From: Neocallimastix sp. 'constans'
Taxonomy: Eukaryota
Direction of reading: 5' to 3'
Length of the DNA stretch: 64,000 nucleotides
NCBI GenBank assembly: GCA_050613775.1
Contig: JBODTK010000015.1
Span: 1,364,001 to 1,428,000, forward strand
The notes under the pieces are model-generated. The model worked only from the letters and a program-made list of their open reading frames with translations. It was not told the DNA's origin and did no database searches. The stretch's first letter is position 1. Every line of letters begins with the position of its first letter. The position numbers were made by a program, and so were the translations under genes. Below, piece after piece: positions 50,400-64,000 of the stretch.

Positions 50400-50990
50400 A
50401 TAATAAATATAAATGATAATAGTAATAACTAATTAATATCTTCCATCTAATAATTAACATATTCATAATATACCGGCATATTATAAAGAATCTAGCTTTT
50501 TTTTTTTTTTTAAACACCATTATCTTTGGTAGTGAATATCCATTTTGTATCAACGACGTTAGTATCCTTTTTTTTTTTTTTGGAATACTGTTAATAATTT
50601 TCATTATCCTTTTATTCATACATACATATTGATTGATATTCTTTATATTTAATTGAATCTTTCCATTTTTTTTTTTTTTTTTTTTACTTTAATCGTTAAG
50701 AATTTATAGCTTTCATCATAACTTTTTAGAAGTTATTGTTTTAATTAATACTCTATTTTTTTTTCTTTCATTGCTAATTGTTCATTGTCTTTTTTTTTTT
50801 TTCTAGATGACAAAGATAACATTTTTAAATTTTTATAGCTATCTTTTTCTTTTTTTTTTTTTTTTGTAATCCTTGACTTTCATATTTCTCACATTTATAA
50901 TTATTGTTTTATGAACCTTCTGTTTTTGCTTCTTTAGATTTTTCTATATATATTTTTGAATTTGCTATTTTCTGTTCATTTGAAAATTTT
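50400..50990 (-). mobile_element. Possible pogo/Fot1-like DDE transposase remnant
   Basis: NGYSLPKIMVFK resembles the DDE_1 motif dG.kLpp.iifk, and upstream KFSNEQKI resembles the start of a pogo-type HTH. Heavily eroded; TIRs not found. Confidence 0.4.
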
Positions 50991-51010
50991 AAAATATTTG
51001 AATTTAATTA

Positions 51011-51056
<46 letters not shown>

Positions 51057-51245
51057 AATAGTTAATTCGTAAGAAGTTCGTTATATTCTCTCTTAATATT
51101 TTTTTTATTAATTCTAGATCATTAGTGAAGTGATATTCTTAATCCGTTAAGAATGTAGTATCATTAGCATTCTTATTAAGATAAGTATATTAATGATATG
51201 TCAGAATTTGGAAATAAATAAAAGAAAAACAAAAATAGAAATACA

Positions 51246-51276
<31 letters not shown>

Positions 51277-52442
51277 GTGATGATGATAAATTACTGTGAT
51301 GAAGAAATCGAATGATGAAATTATTTAAAATAGAAGGATATTGATTCCGGATGTTCCAATTTTAAAAAACTGATTTTTTTCTAAATCCATTTAATTCAAT
51401 ATGAATAGAAATTTTTATTAAATCAAATAGTAAGAAATAGATTAATTAATAATCCACATGAAATGATTCAAACTCTAAAAAAAAAAAAAAAAAAATAATA
51501 TTAGTTAGTTAATGTCTTATTGAACAACGTTTCAAATAAAATTTTAAAAAAAAAATTATCAAAACCCACAAAACCCATAGATGTGTAATAGAAATGGAAA
51601 TCCTCTGTACCTTCTTATCACGCTATCTGTAAAGAAGATCAATGATATTTCCCAATTGATCGTATTTACAATCTAAACCTGTAGTCATTAATCTATTTTA
51701 ATATTAAAATGAAGATTGATGTCCATAGAAAAATAAAGAAGTTCGAAAATGAGAAAATTGGTATTAAAGCAATACAATTAACATTAGGCTACTATCACCA
51801 TACTAAAGACAAAAGAGGTTCATAGTAGAATAATGAAGGGTTGGAATCAAGTATTAAAATATATACATATATATATATATATTTTGTATGAAAAAGTCTC
51901 TAGAAGTAGAAGGTACATTTATACTTAAACAAAGAAAAAAAATTTTTTATCATTTAATGAATATTTTTTACAAAACTATTCATGACTATTCCTCTGATTT
52001 ATTTTTTTTTTTTTCTCTCTTTCATTTTAATTATTTTTTTAATTTTTTAATCTTTTTTTTCTATTGTGGTAAGATTTATATATCATAGGCCATCAATATT
52101 CAATAGTGACTGAATAATCTTAATTTTTTTTTTTTATAATGATAATATATAGGACGATATATATAAAAAAAGAAATTTTTAAAGAGGAATTTATATTGTT
52201 CAAGTCAAAAAGGAAGAAAATAAAAAAAAAAAAAAATGGAAAAGAAAAAATTGTTCAATAATTTTAGTTATATGTTAAAAATAATTGTTTGAAACAAAAA
52301 AAAATATCTCTAAAAAGAAATGATAAGATAATTTTTGAATGAAAATTTTGAAATAAAATAACCTAACTAGAATAGAAAGTTATTAATTATAAAAAAAACT
52401 TTTAAATATAATATGATATAATTTTATAATTTTATAATTTTA

Positions 52443-52483
<41 letters not shown>

Positions 52484-53349
52484 ATAGTGAAAAGGTTGGA
52501 AAAAAAAAAAAAAATCAGATGAGGGATTAGAATATCCGAGATGAAATGGAAGGGTTAGAATATGATATAGAAAAAAAAAAGATAAAGGAATTTTTCACTA
52601 AGTCTGATTTATAAATAAATCAAATTAATAAAAACAAAAATTATTTAAAAAAATCATTCATATTAAAAAAATATTGTCATAACTAAAAAAGAAAAAAAAA
52701 ACTATTAAAATAATAATAATAATAATGTTACTTCTAATAATCTTTATAAAATGAATATAAATTATTTTATTAAAAATGAGAAGAAAATTTTTCTATATAT
52801 TATACATATTATTTTTTGTTACTTTTGTTTTTTGATCTAAAAAAAAAAAAAAAAATTAATAAAGAATATAAATAAAATAATTTTACGTTGATGGAAATCT
52901 TAAGATTCTATTATTATTACCAAAAAAAAAAATATATATATATATATATACATACATATGAATATAAATATTAAAAATTAATAGCAATGGCTTATTAAAT
53001 TATTTTAATTCAATAAATTTATTATGAAGATAATGATTAATCTAAAACTATTTATGTACAAGGAAATACAAGAAAATACAAAAAAAATATAAAAAAAAAA
53101 ATACAAAAAAAATACAAAAAAATACAAAAAATATATATACATTAGACATTAGACATTTCCTATATTTATATAAATTTATATATTGAATAATTATATAGAT
53201 ATTATCTATAAATTTTTTTATTTCATTATATATTTTATTTTATTATATTATTTTATTATATTTATTTATTTTTTATATATATATTAATTTTAATAATTAT
53301 AAGAGAATAATTCATAAATGTTTTAGAAATTCTTCACAGTATTTTTGTA

Positions 53350-53381
<32 letters not shown>

Positions 53382-56215
53382 CTATTTTAAGTTGTTATGT
53401 TATCTTTTTAAAAATTTTTAAATATAAAAAATATGATTGGTTTAAATAACTATTTCATAATATATATATACATGGTTAGGTTATTCATTATAATAAATAA
53501 AATAGAATAAGGAAATAATAAATATATTAAAGGTAAAAAATCATTAATTTATTATTATTATTATTATTGTTGTTGTTGTTTTAAAATGTCAATTTTTAAT
53601 TTGTATGGAATATGAATAAATAAATAAACATAAAATATAACAAAAAAAAATTGTTTTTTATTAACTTAATTTTAAATATTCTGTTTTATTCATATATTTA
53701 CTTTTTTTTTTTTTTTTTATTTTTAATTATTATTTTTTTTGTCTATAAATAATAATATTATTATTATAATTTTTTATTTTTTATTTGTAGATATAATTAA
53801 TATTATAAATATTAAAAATTTATTTTTTGGTAATGTATGTTTAACATTATATTTTTAATTTTAAATATTTAAATCTTATTTTTTATGTTTATTTAATTCT
53901 AAATGTTAAAATATTGAATAAAATGCATGTTAATTATTTTGAATTAGATAACCATTAAAATGAATATTTATTTCTTAATATGTATAATATTTTTTTTAAT
54001 GTTTGATTCATAGTAATTAGCGCTTATTCTATGAATATTTAATTATAAAAATTTAACATCTCTATTAATATCTATAGTCTATTTAATTCAAAGTAATTAA
54101 CATTCATTTTAAGGTCTATTTAATTCTAAATATTTAATATTCTTTTTAAGTATAGATTAGTATATATATATATATATATTTTTTAATTCTTAACAAACTG
54201 CATAAATGAAATGAATTATAGAATAATATTTAAAATAATATTTTAATATTATTAATAATAACCCGTAATAACCATTAATTTTGTGGTTAATTTTATATAA
54301 AAATTATTAATATAATTTTTATTTTTTTTTTATAATTAGTATTAATAGAAATAATAATATTAAAAAAAAATTAATAACAATGAATCAATTCTAAATAAAT
54401 ATAACATACAAATTACATACAAATAAAACAAAAACAAAACAAAAACAAAACAAAAAACAAAAAATAGAAATCAATGTACATATACAGTTTGTTTATAAAT
54501 ATTTGTTAAACTATCTAACTATATATTGTTTTTTATCTTTTTTTTTTTTTTTTTTTTTTTTCTTCTTCTTCAAACATTAATTAAACTGTTTTTATCAATA
54601 AAAAAATATTTATGAAACATAGCAAAAGATAAATATGACCAAAAAAATAACAAGAAATAATAGTAATAATAGTAATAAAAAAGAAAATGACTGACTCCTC
54701 AAAAAAAAAAAAATTTTTTTATTTTTATAATTCTGTATAAACCTAATTTTTAATAATAATCAAACATTTGATATGCTTAGCATTGGAATCATAATTATTA
54801 CATTTTATGTATTGTACGTTAATACATTATTATTAATATAAAATACATTTACATGTGTAAAACCATTTTTTTTATTTTTTTTTTTTTTTAAATATAAAAA
54901 ATAAAAAATGAACTTTTTTATTCTGAATAAATAATTTACATTTAGACTGAACTGAACTAAATAATTTAAAACGTATAATATATAAATAAAAATAAAGTTA
55001 AAAGTTTAATAAATTATATTTTAACAGCTATTATTTTTTTTTATATTATCTAATCTATCAATTTATAATAATAATAATAAATAGATTAATAATTGAATAA
55101 TAAACAACAAATAAATAATAAATAGATAAATAGATAAATAATAAATATTAAATAGATAAATAGATAAATAATAAATAGATAAATAATGAAAAATAGATAA
55201 ATAATAAAAACAATAATAAAAACAATAATAAAAATAATAAATAATAAATAATAAATAATAAAAATAATGAATAATAAATAATGAATAATAAAATTATAAA
55301 AGTGCTATAATACTAATAATTAGCTAATATTAATCATTAATTTTTATTAAAATATTATTTATTTTATTTGTTTAGTTTGTCAATATTAATATTTTATTCT
55401 ATTATGGCTTATATCGTTCTTTCAAGATTTTATAATTTTATTCATATTTAAGCTAATAATAATAATAATAATCAATAATAATTAACAATAATTAATAATT
55501 AATAATAATTAATAATAATTAACAATAATTAATAATTAATAATAATTAATAATAATTAACAATAATTAATAATTAATAATAATTAATAATAATTAACAAT
55601 AATTAATAATAATCAATTAATTAATTATAGTTAATAATAATAATCAATAATAATTAATTATAGTTAATAATAATATTAATCAATAATAACTAATAACAAT
55701 TAATAAATAAATAATAATAAATAATAATCAATAATCATTAATAATCATTAATAATAAAAGATAATAATAAATAATAATTAATAATAAGTAAAGTCTTACT
55801 CAAAAGGTGTTTTTGGTTTATCTTTTATTTTTCTTTCCAAGAAAAGTATTAAAAAAAAAACTTTTTTTTTTTTTTTTTTTTTTATGAAAAAATAGACATT
55901 ATTAATTTAGTTAAAAGAATTATTAATATATTATAGTTAATTTAATATTTTAATTAAATAAAATTATATAGTCTTTAGAATTTCCTAGACCAAATTTTGA
56001 TGTATGAATATCAAAAGTTTATTGATCTTATCAATAAAATACAGAAAAAAAAAATAAAAGAATAAATAAATCTAAATAATTAAGAAATAAATAAATCTAA
56101 ATAAATAAAAATCGGATATATAAATAAACATATTACATTACATTATAATATATATGTGTAACTTGAATATTGCTATTCATACGTATATCACTGTAATATA
56201 TTAGAAGGAATGTAT

Positions 56216-56851
56216 AATGTGGCATAATCAGTAAAGTTGTAAATATTGAAAATTTAATAATTCATATAAATTTGTACTACAATAAAATCAATTAAAAATG
56301 TGGCAAATATTAAAGATAAAGAAATTATAATTTATAATAATAATTTTTAATATATTAAAATTATGGTATAATAGAATGAAACAAGAAAGAGAGAGAGAGA
56401 GAAAAAAAAAAGTGGCAAAAATTAATATAAAATAATATAAATAATAATGTAGATGATTATACGTAGAATAAAACTTAATAATACAAATAATAAGTACCCT
56501 AAATGAATGAATAATAATAAAATAAAGTAGTTTTTTTTTACATTTTTCATTTTCATTGATGAATAGTCCCATTAAGACTCTATATAGAGTCAACACTTAT
56601 CTCAATGAAAGGTATTGAGGTGTAACAACAAAAATAAATTTGAATAAAAAAAAAGTTATATATATATATGATAATAAACATTAAGAAGAGGGAGGATGTG
56701 GCATGTTAAAAATAAAATTTAATCTATTAAAAATTTTTTAAAAAAAATTAATAATTTTATTAATTCTAAAATCATTAATTTCATGGTAATGTACATTGAT
56801 AATATATATATATATCATTGTGTTATAATGGAAAGAATATAAATGTGGCAC
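56216..56851 (+). promoter_or_regulatory. Homotypic cluster of five GTGGCA motifs (four as ATGTGGCA)
   Basis: gtggca at 56219, 56300, 56412, 56698 and 56845, all on the same strand, in otherwise very AT-rich non-coding DNA. Confidence 0.4.
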
Positions 56852-57389
56852 GCCATAGTGATATTATACTATGGAAAATTAAGAGTAAATACATATAGAA
56901 ATGTACTGTAATGTAAATGGAAACAAATGTAACACACTTATCAGTGATAGAATATAACTCAAAACGACAATGTAAATCCATGGAATTATGAAGAGAAGAA
57001 AATAGAATAAAATAAATAGCATATATATGGAAACTGTGTGGTCTTGGTAAAAATAGGTGAATTTTTGGATTATATTTTATATGAGATTTTGAGCTTGATA
57101 ATAATCGTTTGAGTTTAATAATGATAATTGTTTCTAATATGCAATAATAAATAAGGATTAATAAAGAAATTTCTTAAATTAGGAAAAACTAATAAAATAT
57201 TCTCTTAATTTGTAAATTGTAAAGTTTAAATAACAGAATAGAATGTAATTAGAATAGAAAAGAATATGCAATGCAGTTATTTTTTTTAAAAAAAACAAAA
57301 AAAATATGAAATAAAAATAATAAATAAATAATAAATAAATAAATAAATAAATAAGTATTTATTTATTTATTTATTATTTTTTTTAAAGT

Positions 57390-57880
57390 TGAATAAAAAG
57401 AAATTCATTAATATAAGTTTAACCATATTTTAATATTATATTATTAATAAATTTAAATATAATATATAATATATTGTAAATATATTATAAATATATTAAA
57501 AATATTATATATATGTATAATACCATATATTATTTAATTAATTATAATATAATCAAATTTGATTATTATAAATTTTTTTTTTATCATATAAACTATATTT
57601 ATTAGTATGTATTAAAGATATTTACTTTCATTGATTATATAATATATTTTAATATATTTTAATATTACAGCTATCTATTTTTATAGATATAATAAATAAT
57701 TTATTATTTATTTATTAGTTTGATTACATAATTGGATAATTCAACTATAAAAAAAAATTTTTTTTTTATTCATATATTAAATTGTATTTTATTTTATATA
57801 ATAATATAAATTAGTCAAGAGAGCTTTACACTTTTGAAAAAATAAAATAAATATTATTAGTATATAAAATTAAATATAAA
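57390..57880 (+). repeat. Copy 1 of a ~500-bp non-coding direct repeat (copy 2 at ~61393-61905)
   Basis: Long near-identical stretches such as ttagtatgtattaaagatatttactttcattgatt, tagtttgattacataattggataattcaact and ttagtcaagagagctttacactttt occur in both places. Confidence 0.93.
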
Positions 57881-58779
57881 ACAATTAATTATATGTATTA
57901 TTTTATAAAATAAAATATAAAGTAGTTAATTATATATATAAGTATATAGAATAAAATAAATATAAAATAAAATAGAATAATATTTTAGGTTTTTAAAACA
58001 AATATAGATTTTAGAATAGATTGATAATAATAGCATTTATATATATAATATGTACAAATACAAATATAAATATATGAAGATCTCTATATATAAAATAATA
58101 ATTAATATAATTAAATCAAAAGAATAGTAAGATGAAATTTTTATAAAATATAAAATAGCTAATTATATTCTAATTGTAATTCAGCCAAATTATTACTATA
58201 TATTATATATTATTATTCATAGTATTAAAGTGGCCTAATTATTGTTTAATATTTTTTATTTAATTATTTAGCATCTATTATATATTATTATTATTATTTT
58301 TTTTTTATCATTTATTTTGTATTATATATATAATATATATTACATATTAAGTATTATGTATATTATTTATTATTTATTATATATTGTTAGTATTTATTCT
58401 TTATTCTTTATATTTATTCTTTATTCTATAATATTATTAATACTATCAATTATAATGTTTATTCATTGGTAAATGGCCACACCGAATAATGTTAACTAAT
58501 AATAACTAATAACTAATAAATAAATAAAAAAAAAAATATGTTTTCATTTGACTCTTTCTTCATATATATCTCAACTTTATATAACGGACATGATTATTAC
58601 TATTTTATGATAGATACTTTATTTCATCTTAAATATTTAATAAACTTTTAAATATAACCATTTCCTTTTTTATAAATAAATTGTGTTAAAAAAATAATAA
58701 CCAAAAAAAAAAAAAAAAAAAAAAAAGGCGGTACATAAATCAAATAAAAAAATAAAAAAAAAAGAATACACAAAATTTA

Positions 58780-58822
<43 letters not shown>

Positions 58823-58856
58823 TTTATTTATTTATTTATTTTTAGTTTAGTTTAAA

Positions 58857-59015
58857 CTGTTTTAAAGAGAATTAAGATTTCATGTTAATAAAGAATATAG
58901 AAATAAGAGAGAAGAATTAATGACTTTTCTGGTCTTGCTTTGCTGTAATATAGATAAAAGTAAAAACAACAACGACAATAGAATATTAAATAAAAATTAA
59001 TTTTAATTTTTTAGA
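58857..59015 (+). repeat. Copy 1 of a ~160-bp direct repeat (copy 2 at ~62562-62725)
   Basis: aatatagaaat(a/t)agagagaagaattaat(g/a)actt(t/c)tctggtctt(g/a)ctttgctgtaata...agaatattaaataaaaattaattttaatttt occurs in both places. Confidence 0.9.
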
Positions 59016-60162
59016 TATTTTTTTTTTCATCTATATTTATATTCTAATTATACCATATTAAATATTGAATTAATCCACCGATTTTTTTATTTTTTCATTT
59101 TTTTATTTATTTTTTTTTCAAGTTTTTTTGAATTTAAAAAGTATTATTTCACTTAATGATTATTATTATTAATATTATTATAATTATTTATTATTATTAA
59201 TACTATTATTATTAATATTATTAATTATTATTATTAATTATTATTATTTATTATTGAAAATTGTTTACAATTTAATTTAGAGAAAAAAAATTTTTTTTTT
59301 TTTTTTAAGTTTAATATTTTTAAAGTGTAATTAAAGTGCCATAGAAAAAAAAATTTTTATTATTTTTTTGTTTATTTTTTTTGTTATTTTTTTTTGATGT
59401 GGTTAACAAAATTTACATAAACATTAATTTTAAAAAGTTTAAGCAATGCAATAAATGCATAGATCCATCCATCCATGGATACTTTCATATTACTTTTCTT
59501 AATTTAGTTTAATTCAATTTAATTTTTTTTCTTTTTTTTTATCATTTTTATTATTATTATTGATAATAATAAATAATAATAATAAATAATAATAATAATA
59601 ATATATTTATATATTTTTTAGAAAGATTATTTGTTAACTATTTTATAATAAATATAAATGGACACACAATATATCTATAAACAAAAACAAAAACAAAGCA
59701 AACGAACAAACAAGCAAAAAATTATTTAATGTTTAATAGCCTTTAATTATTATTTATTATTATTACTATTGATATCTTTTTTAATAATTAAAAGCTAAAA
59801 TTTAATATTAAAAAACTAATAATTTTTATGTTATTGTTTCATTCTACAAAATATGAATTCATATCAATAATTTCAAATTATTAATAAATATTGATATAAA
59901 TTAATATTCGACTTTGAAAAAAAATATATATATATTATATATATATATATATATTTTTTTTTCCATACTATATTATTTATTTATATATATTTATACCTAT
60001 GTTTTTATTTCATTTTGGTAAAATTTTATATTATTCAGGAAAAATTTTTTCCTTCCAGTAATATAAATATTATTATTAATATAATAATTTAATACTCATT
60101 CATAGAATTTTTTAAAATTTGATTTTGTTTTATATTTCTTAATAGTTTTTATTTATTTCCAT

Positions 60163-60199
<37 letters not shown>

Positions 60200-61392
60200 A
60201 AAAGAGACAAAAAGAGAGAGAAAGAAAAAAAATAATGTATAATATATATTTAAATCATTTTATAAAAATGTTTAAACAAAAATATTTATTCATAGTAATA
60301 ATACAAAAAATAAAAATAAATAAGAAAAAAAGTATTATTAATAAAATTTTTATAATATATATTTAGCTATCAATTACTATATAATTTTTGTATTTTAAAT
60401 AATAATTATTATTATTTATTAATTATTATTTATATATATAATCAAATAATATTTTTTTTTATAAAAAAATGATTTAATACACATATTATATTGCGATACA
60501 TATTCAATCATTAAATATATGTAATATATAAAAATTAAGCTAAATCTTATTATATAATAAATTATATTTTTTAAATTATTTAAGTTTTTTAAATATTTTA
60601 AAATATTTAAAATATTTAAAATATTTAAAATATTTAAAATATTTATTTTTATTTATATTTTATTTATAATTTATTTATATTATTATATATATTATTTGTA
60701 TTTTACGAATTTCTTTAATCAAATCAATTATGTGTAAAAAATAAATTAAAAAAACTTTAATTATTAATATCTTAAATAAATGTATTCATGTGAAGAATAT
60801 AACAAATACCTAGAGAGAAGATTCATATTAAAAATTAATTTGTGATATTGAAATACAAAAAAAAAAAAAAAATAAACTTTTGTCTTTTATATATATTTAT
60901 TTACTATTAATTTAGAATTAACCAATAAAAATAGAAAATAATTAATGTTGATTTTTTAAAGGACTTTGGTAATTTTATAAATTAAATTTTATGACATTAT
61001 AAATAAATAAATAAATAAAGATAAATAAATAAATAAATAAAAATAGATAAATAAAGTAAAAGTATATAGGAATACTCATTATAATATCTATTATTTATTA
61101 TTTCACAAAGTTTAACGATTCTTTTTATTTAATGCTATAGAGCATATTCAATATTAAAATATTGTTAAAATTATTTTTTTATAAAACTATATATCTACTT
61201 ATAAATAAAAATATTTAGATTTTTAGAGCTACAAAATAGCTATTTTACTCTTTTCATTTGATATAATAAAAAAAAAAGGTAGACAAGAAATAAAGTTAAT
61301 TCCAAAAAACTAAAATTCCGAAAAAAAAGTAAAAACAAAATTAATAAATAAATGAATAAATATATTAACAATTAAATAAATCCTTTTTTTGA

Positions 61393-61905
61393 AGAATAAA
61401 TAGAAAGAAATTCATTAATATAAACAAAGAAAGTTTAAAAAAATTTATTGGTTTATATTTTTTATTTTTATCCATATTTTAATGTATTATTATTAATATA
61501 TTTAAATATAATATATGGTATATTATAAATATATTGAAAATATAATATATATGTATACTACCATATATTATTTAATTAATTATAATATAATTAAATTTAA
61601 TTATTATATTTTTTTTTATCATATAAACTATATTTATTAGTATGTATTAAAGATATTTACTTTCATTGATTATATAATATATTTTAATATATTTTAATAT
61701 TTCATATATCTATTTTTATAGATATAATAAATAATTTATTATTTATTTATTAGTTTGATTACATAATTGGATAATTCAACTATAAAAAAAATTTTTTTTT
61801 TATTCATATATTAAATTGTATTTTATTTTATATAATAATATAAATTAGTCAAGAGAGCTTTACACTTTTAAAAAAATAAAATAAATATTATTAGTATATA
61901 AAATA
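61393..61905 (+). repeat. Copy 2 of the ~500-bp direct repeat
   Basis: See 57390-57880. Confidence 0.93.
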
Positions 61906-62233
61906 AATATATAAAAATCTCCCATAATTTGGCCACTTTGGATTATTGACAATTAATAAATATTATAATTAATGACATTGATAATAATTAAATAATAAAT
62001 AATAAATATGTACTAATAAATAATAGAAAGAGTAATTATTAATAAATAATAAATATGTACTAATAAATAATAGAAAGAGTAATTATTAATAAATAATAAA
62101 TAATAAAAAGATTATTTGTAATTAAATAATAAATAATTGAATAATGAATAATAAATAATATATGTCAGCATAACTTTCTAGACATATACCACAGATATTT
62201 ATTATTTTTTTTATTATTGATATTTTCTTATTC

Positions 62234-62269
<36 letters not shown>

Positions 62270-62784
62270 ATGTATAATCAATTATTTAATAAAGTTTTAT
62301 TATAGAGGTTTAAAGTTTTTTTTTTTTATTTTATGTTTTAAATTAATTTTTAATTTAATAAAGTCTAACATTTTTTCTATAATTTCCTTTTTTATAAAAA
62401 TAGAACAATAAAATATATTATATAATTATGAATAAATAAATAAATAAATAAATAAAAAAAAAAAATTATAAAACAATTTTTTATTAATCATTAAACTTTA
62501 TATAATTTCTATTAAATCCTTGAGATAAGCCGATAATAACTGCGGTTTAAGCTAGTTTAAGCTGTTTTAAATCAATAGTTCATTAAAAAGAGGTAATATA
62601 GAAATTAGAGAGAAGAATTAATAACTTCTCTGGTCTTACTTTGCTGTAATACAATATAAATAAAAGTAAAAAAAAAAAAAAAAAAACAACAGAATATTAA
62701 ATAAAAATTAATTTTAATTTTAGGTAATTTGTTTTAATTTTTAGTGTTATTAAAATGTAATAGAAAATATATATATATATATAT

Positions 62785-63040
62785 TTTTTTTTTACTTTTA
62801 AACTAGGATTAATGAGGGAGGAACAACTACACTCATCCTTTCACAGAACGAGTGATTTTTCTGTACTAGCACTTATATTGTCTTGTCTAACAACTGGTTT
62901 TTTAACCATGGTAAATGAACACCAATTTTATATATTGAGAAAATCACCTTGGTAGAATGATAATTACCCTATATAAATTCAAGAAGTAGTCGTTGGACCG
63001 ATCCAGAAATCATAATGATAAAAACTAGAAAATCACATAA
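62785..63040 (-). mobile_element. Possible eroded LINE 3' end
   Basis: GC-richer island. On the minus strand it ends ...tcctagttt followed by an A-rich tail (LINE-A ends ttcctagtct-polyA) and contains ggtgatttt and ttagacaag, short matches to the LINE-A/B 3' coding ends. Confidence 0.3.
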
Positions 63041-63227
63041 TAAATAGTAAACAATAAACAATAATAAATAATAATAATAAATAATAGTAATAATAAATAA
63101 TAGTAAATAATAATAATAAATAATAATAATAATAAATAATAAATAATAATATTAATAAATAATAATAATTAATAATAAATAATAATAATAGTAATAAATA
63201 ATAGTAATAATAAATAATAATAATAGT

Positions 63228-63258
<31 letters not shown>

Positions 63259-63607
63259 TAATAATAAATAAATAATAGTAATAAATAATAATATATAGCT
63301 AAATAAATAAATAAATAAATTAATAGATAAATAAATAAATAATAAATAATAATAATTACAATAAATTAAAAAATTTTTTTTTGTAAATAATCAATTTATT
63401 TGTCCTATAAATATAATATATATAAAATATATATATAAAAGAGGCTAAATTTAAAATGTAATAAATTACATTGCTTATTTTTTTTTTATTACAAAGTTAT
63501 TTAGTCAAATAAATTATGTAAAATGAAAAAGTATTTTGTATGTATCAAAATTAATACAAAAGGAATTATTAATAAGCAATAATATAAAGTAAAATTTCAA
63601 TGTAAAA

Positions 63608-63654
<47 letters not shown>

Positions 63655-63799
63655 ACTAAAAGTATTCAGTGATGTATATGTTCAAAGGATTATTTTTCTT
63701 CTTTATATTAAATTTTATAAAATACATTCAATTCTAAAAATATATCAATATACTTTTTATACATTATAATTATTTGACGTTTTAGAGTTACTACTGAAT

Positions 63800-63849
<50 letters not shown>

Positions 63850-64000
63850 CTGTTTACTTTTTTAAAATAACAACAACAAAAAAGAAAAAAAAAACGAGAA
63901 AAGTTAAAAAAAAAAAAGTTATTTATTTATACTTAAAAGTATAAAATTATAATTGTATAATATTTATAGTATCATAAAAAAAAAGAAAAATAATAAATAA

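Noticed and set aside
41000..63300. Small local tandem duplications and minisatellites (41000-41085, 55480-55610, 60590-60642, 62001-62100, 63060-63290)
   Set aside because: Ordinary slippage products in AT-rich DNA with no further structure.

Overview
Extremely AT-rich, intron-containing eukaryotic DNA. The composition, GT-AG introns and fungal-type genes suggest an anaerobic gut fungus (Neocallimastigomycota); this is inference only. Host genes spliced by hand: the last exon of an SH3-domain gene (166-363), a tiny OST5/TMEM258 gene missed by the ORF track (13948-15410), a Pumilio/PUF gene (21776-26650), TAF9 (minus strand), a CorA/ALR-type Mg2+ transporter (minus strand) and a Cys-rich/TM/SH3 receptor-like gene (42419-44428). 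Positions 1.3-13 kb are a same-orientation nest of non-LTR retrotransposons. It holds an apparently intact single-ORF APE-RT LINE with poly(A) and a 16-18 bp target-site duplication, inserted at a motif that recurs in the 3' UTR of a sister LINE family, and a dead sister LINE carrying a Mutator-like MITE. Also present: a decayed Ty1/copia element, two Ty3/gypsy pol fragments, an unexplained ~900 bp array of consecutive stem-loops (46.3-47.2 kb), a non-coding tandem duplication and GTGGC motif clusters in a gene-poor right end. All alignments, translations and splice models were done by eye with no database search. Boundaries of decayed elements are approximate and homopolymer lengths may be assembly-affected.
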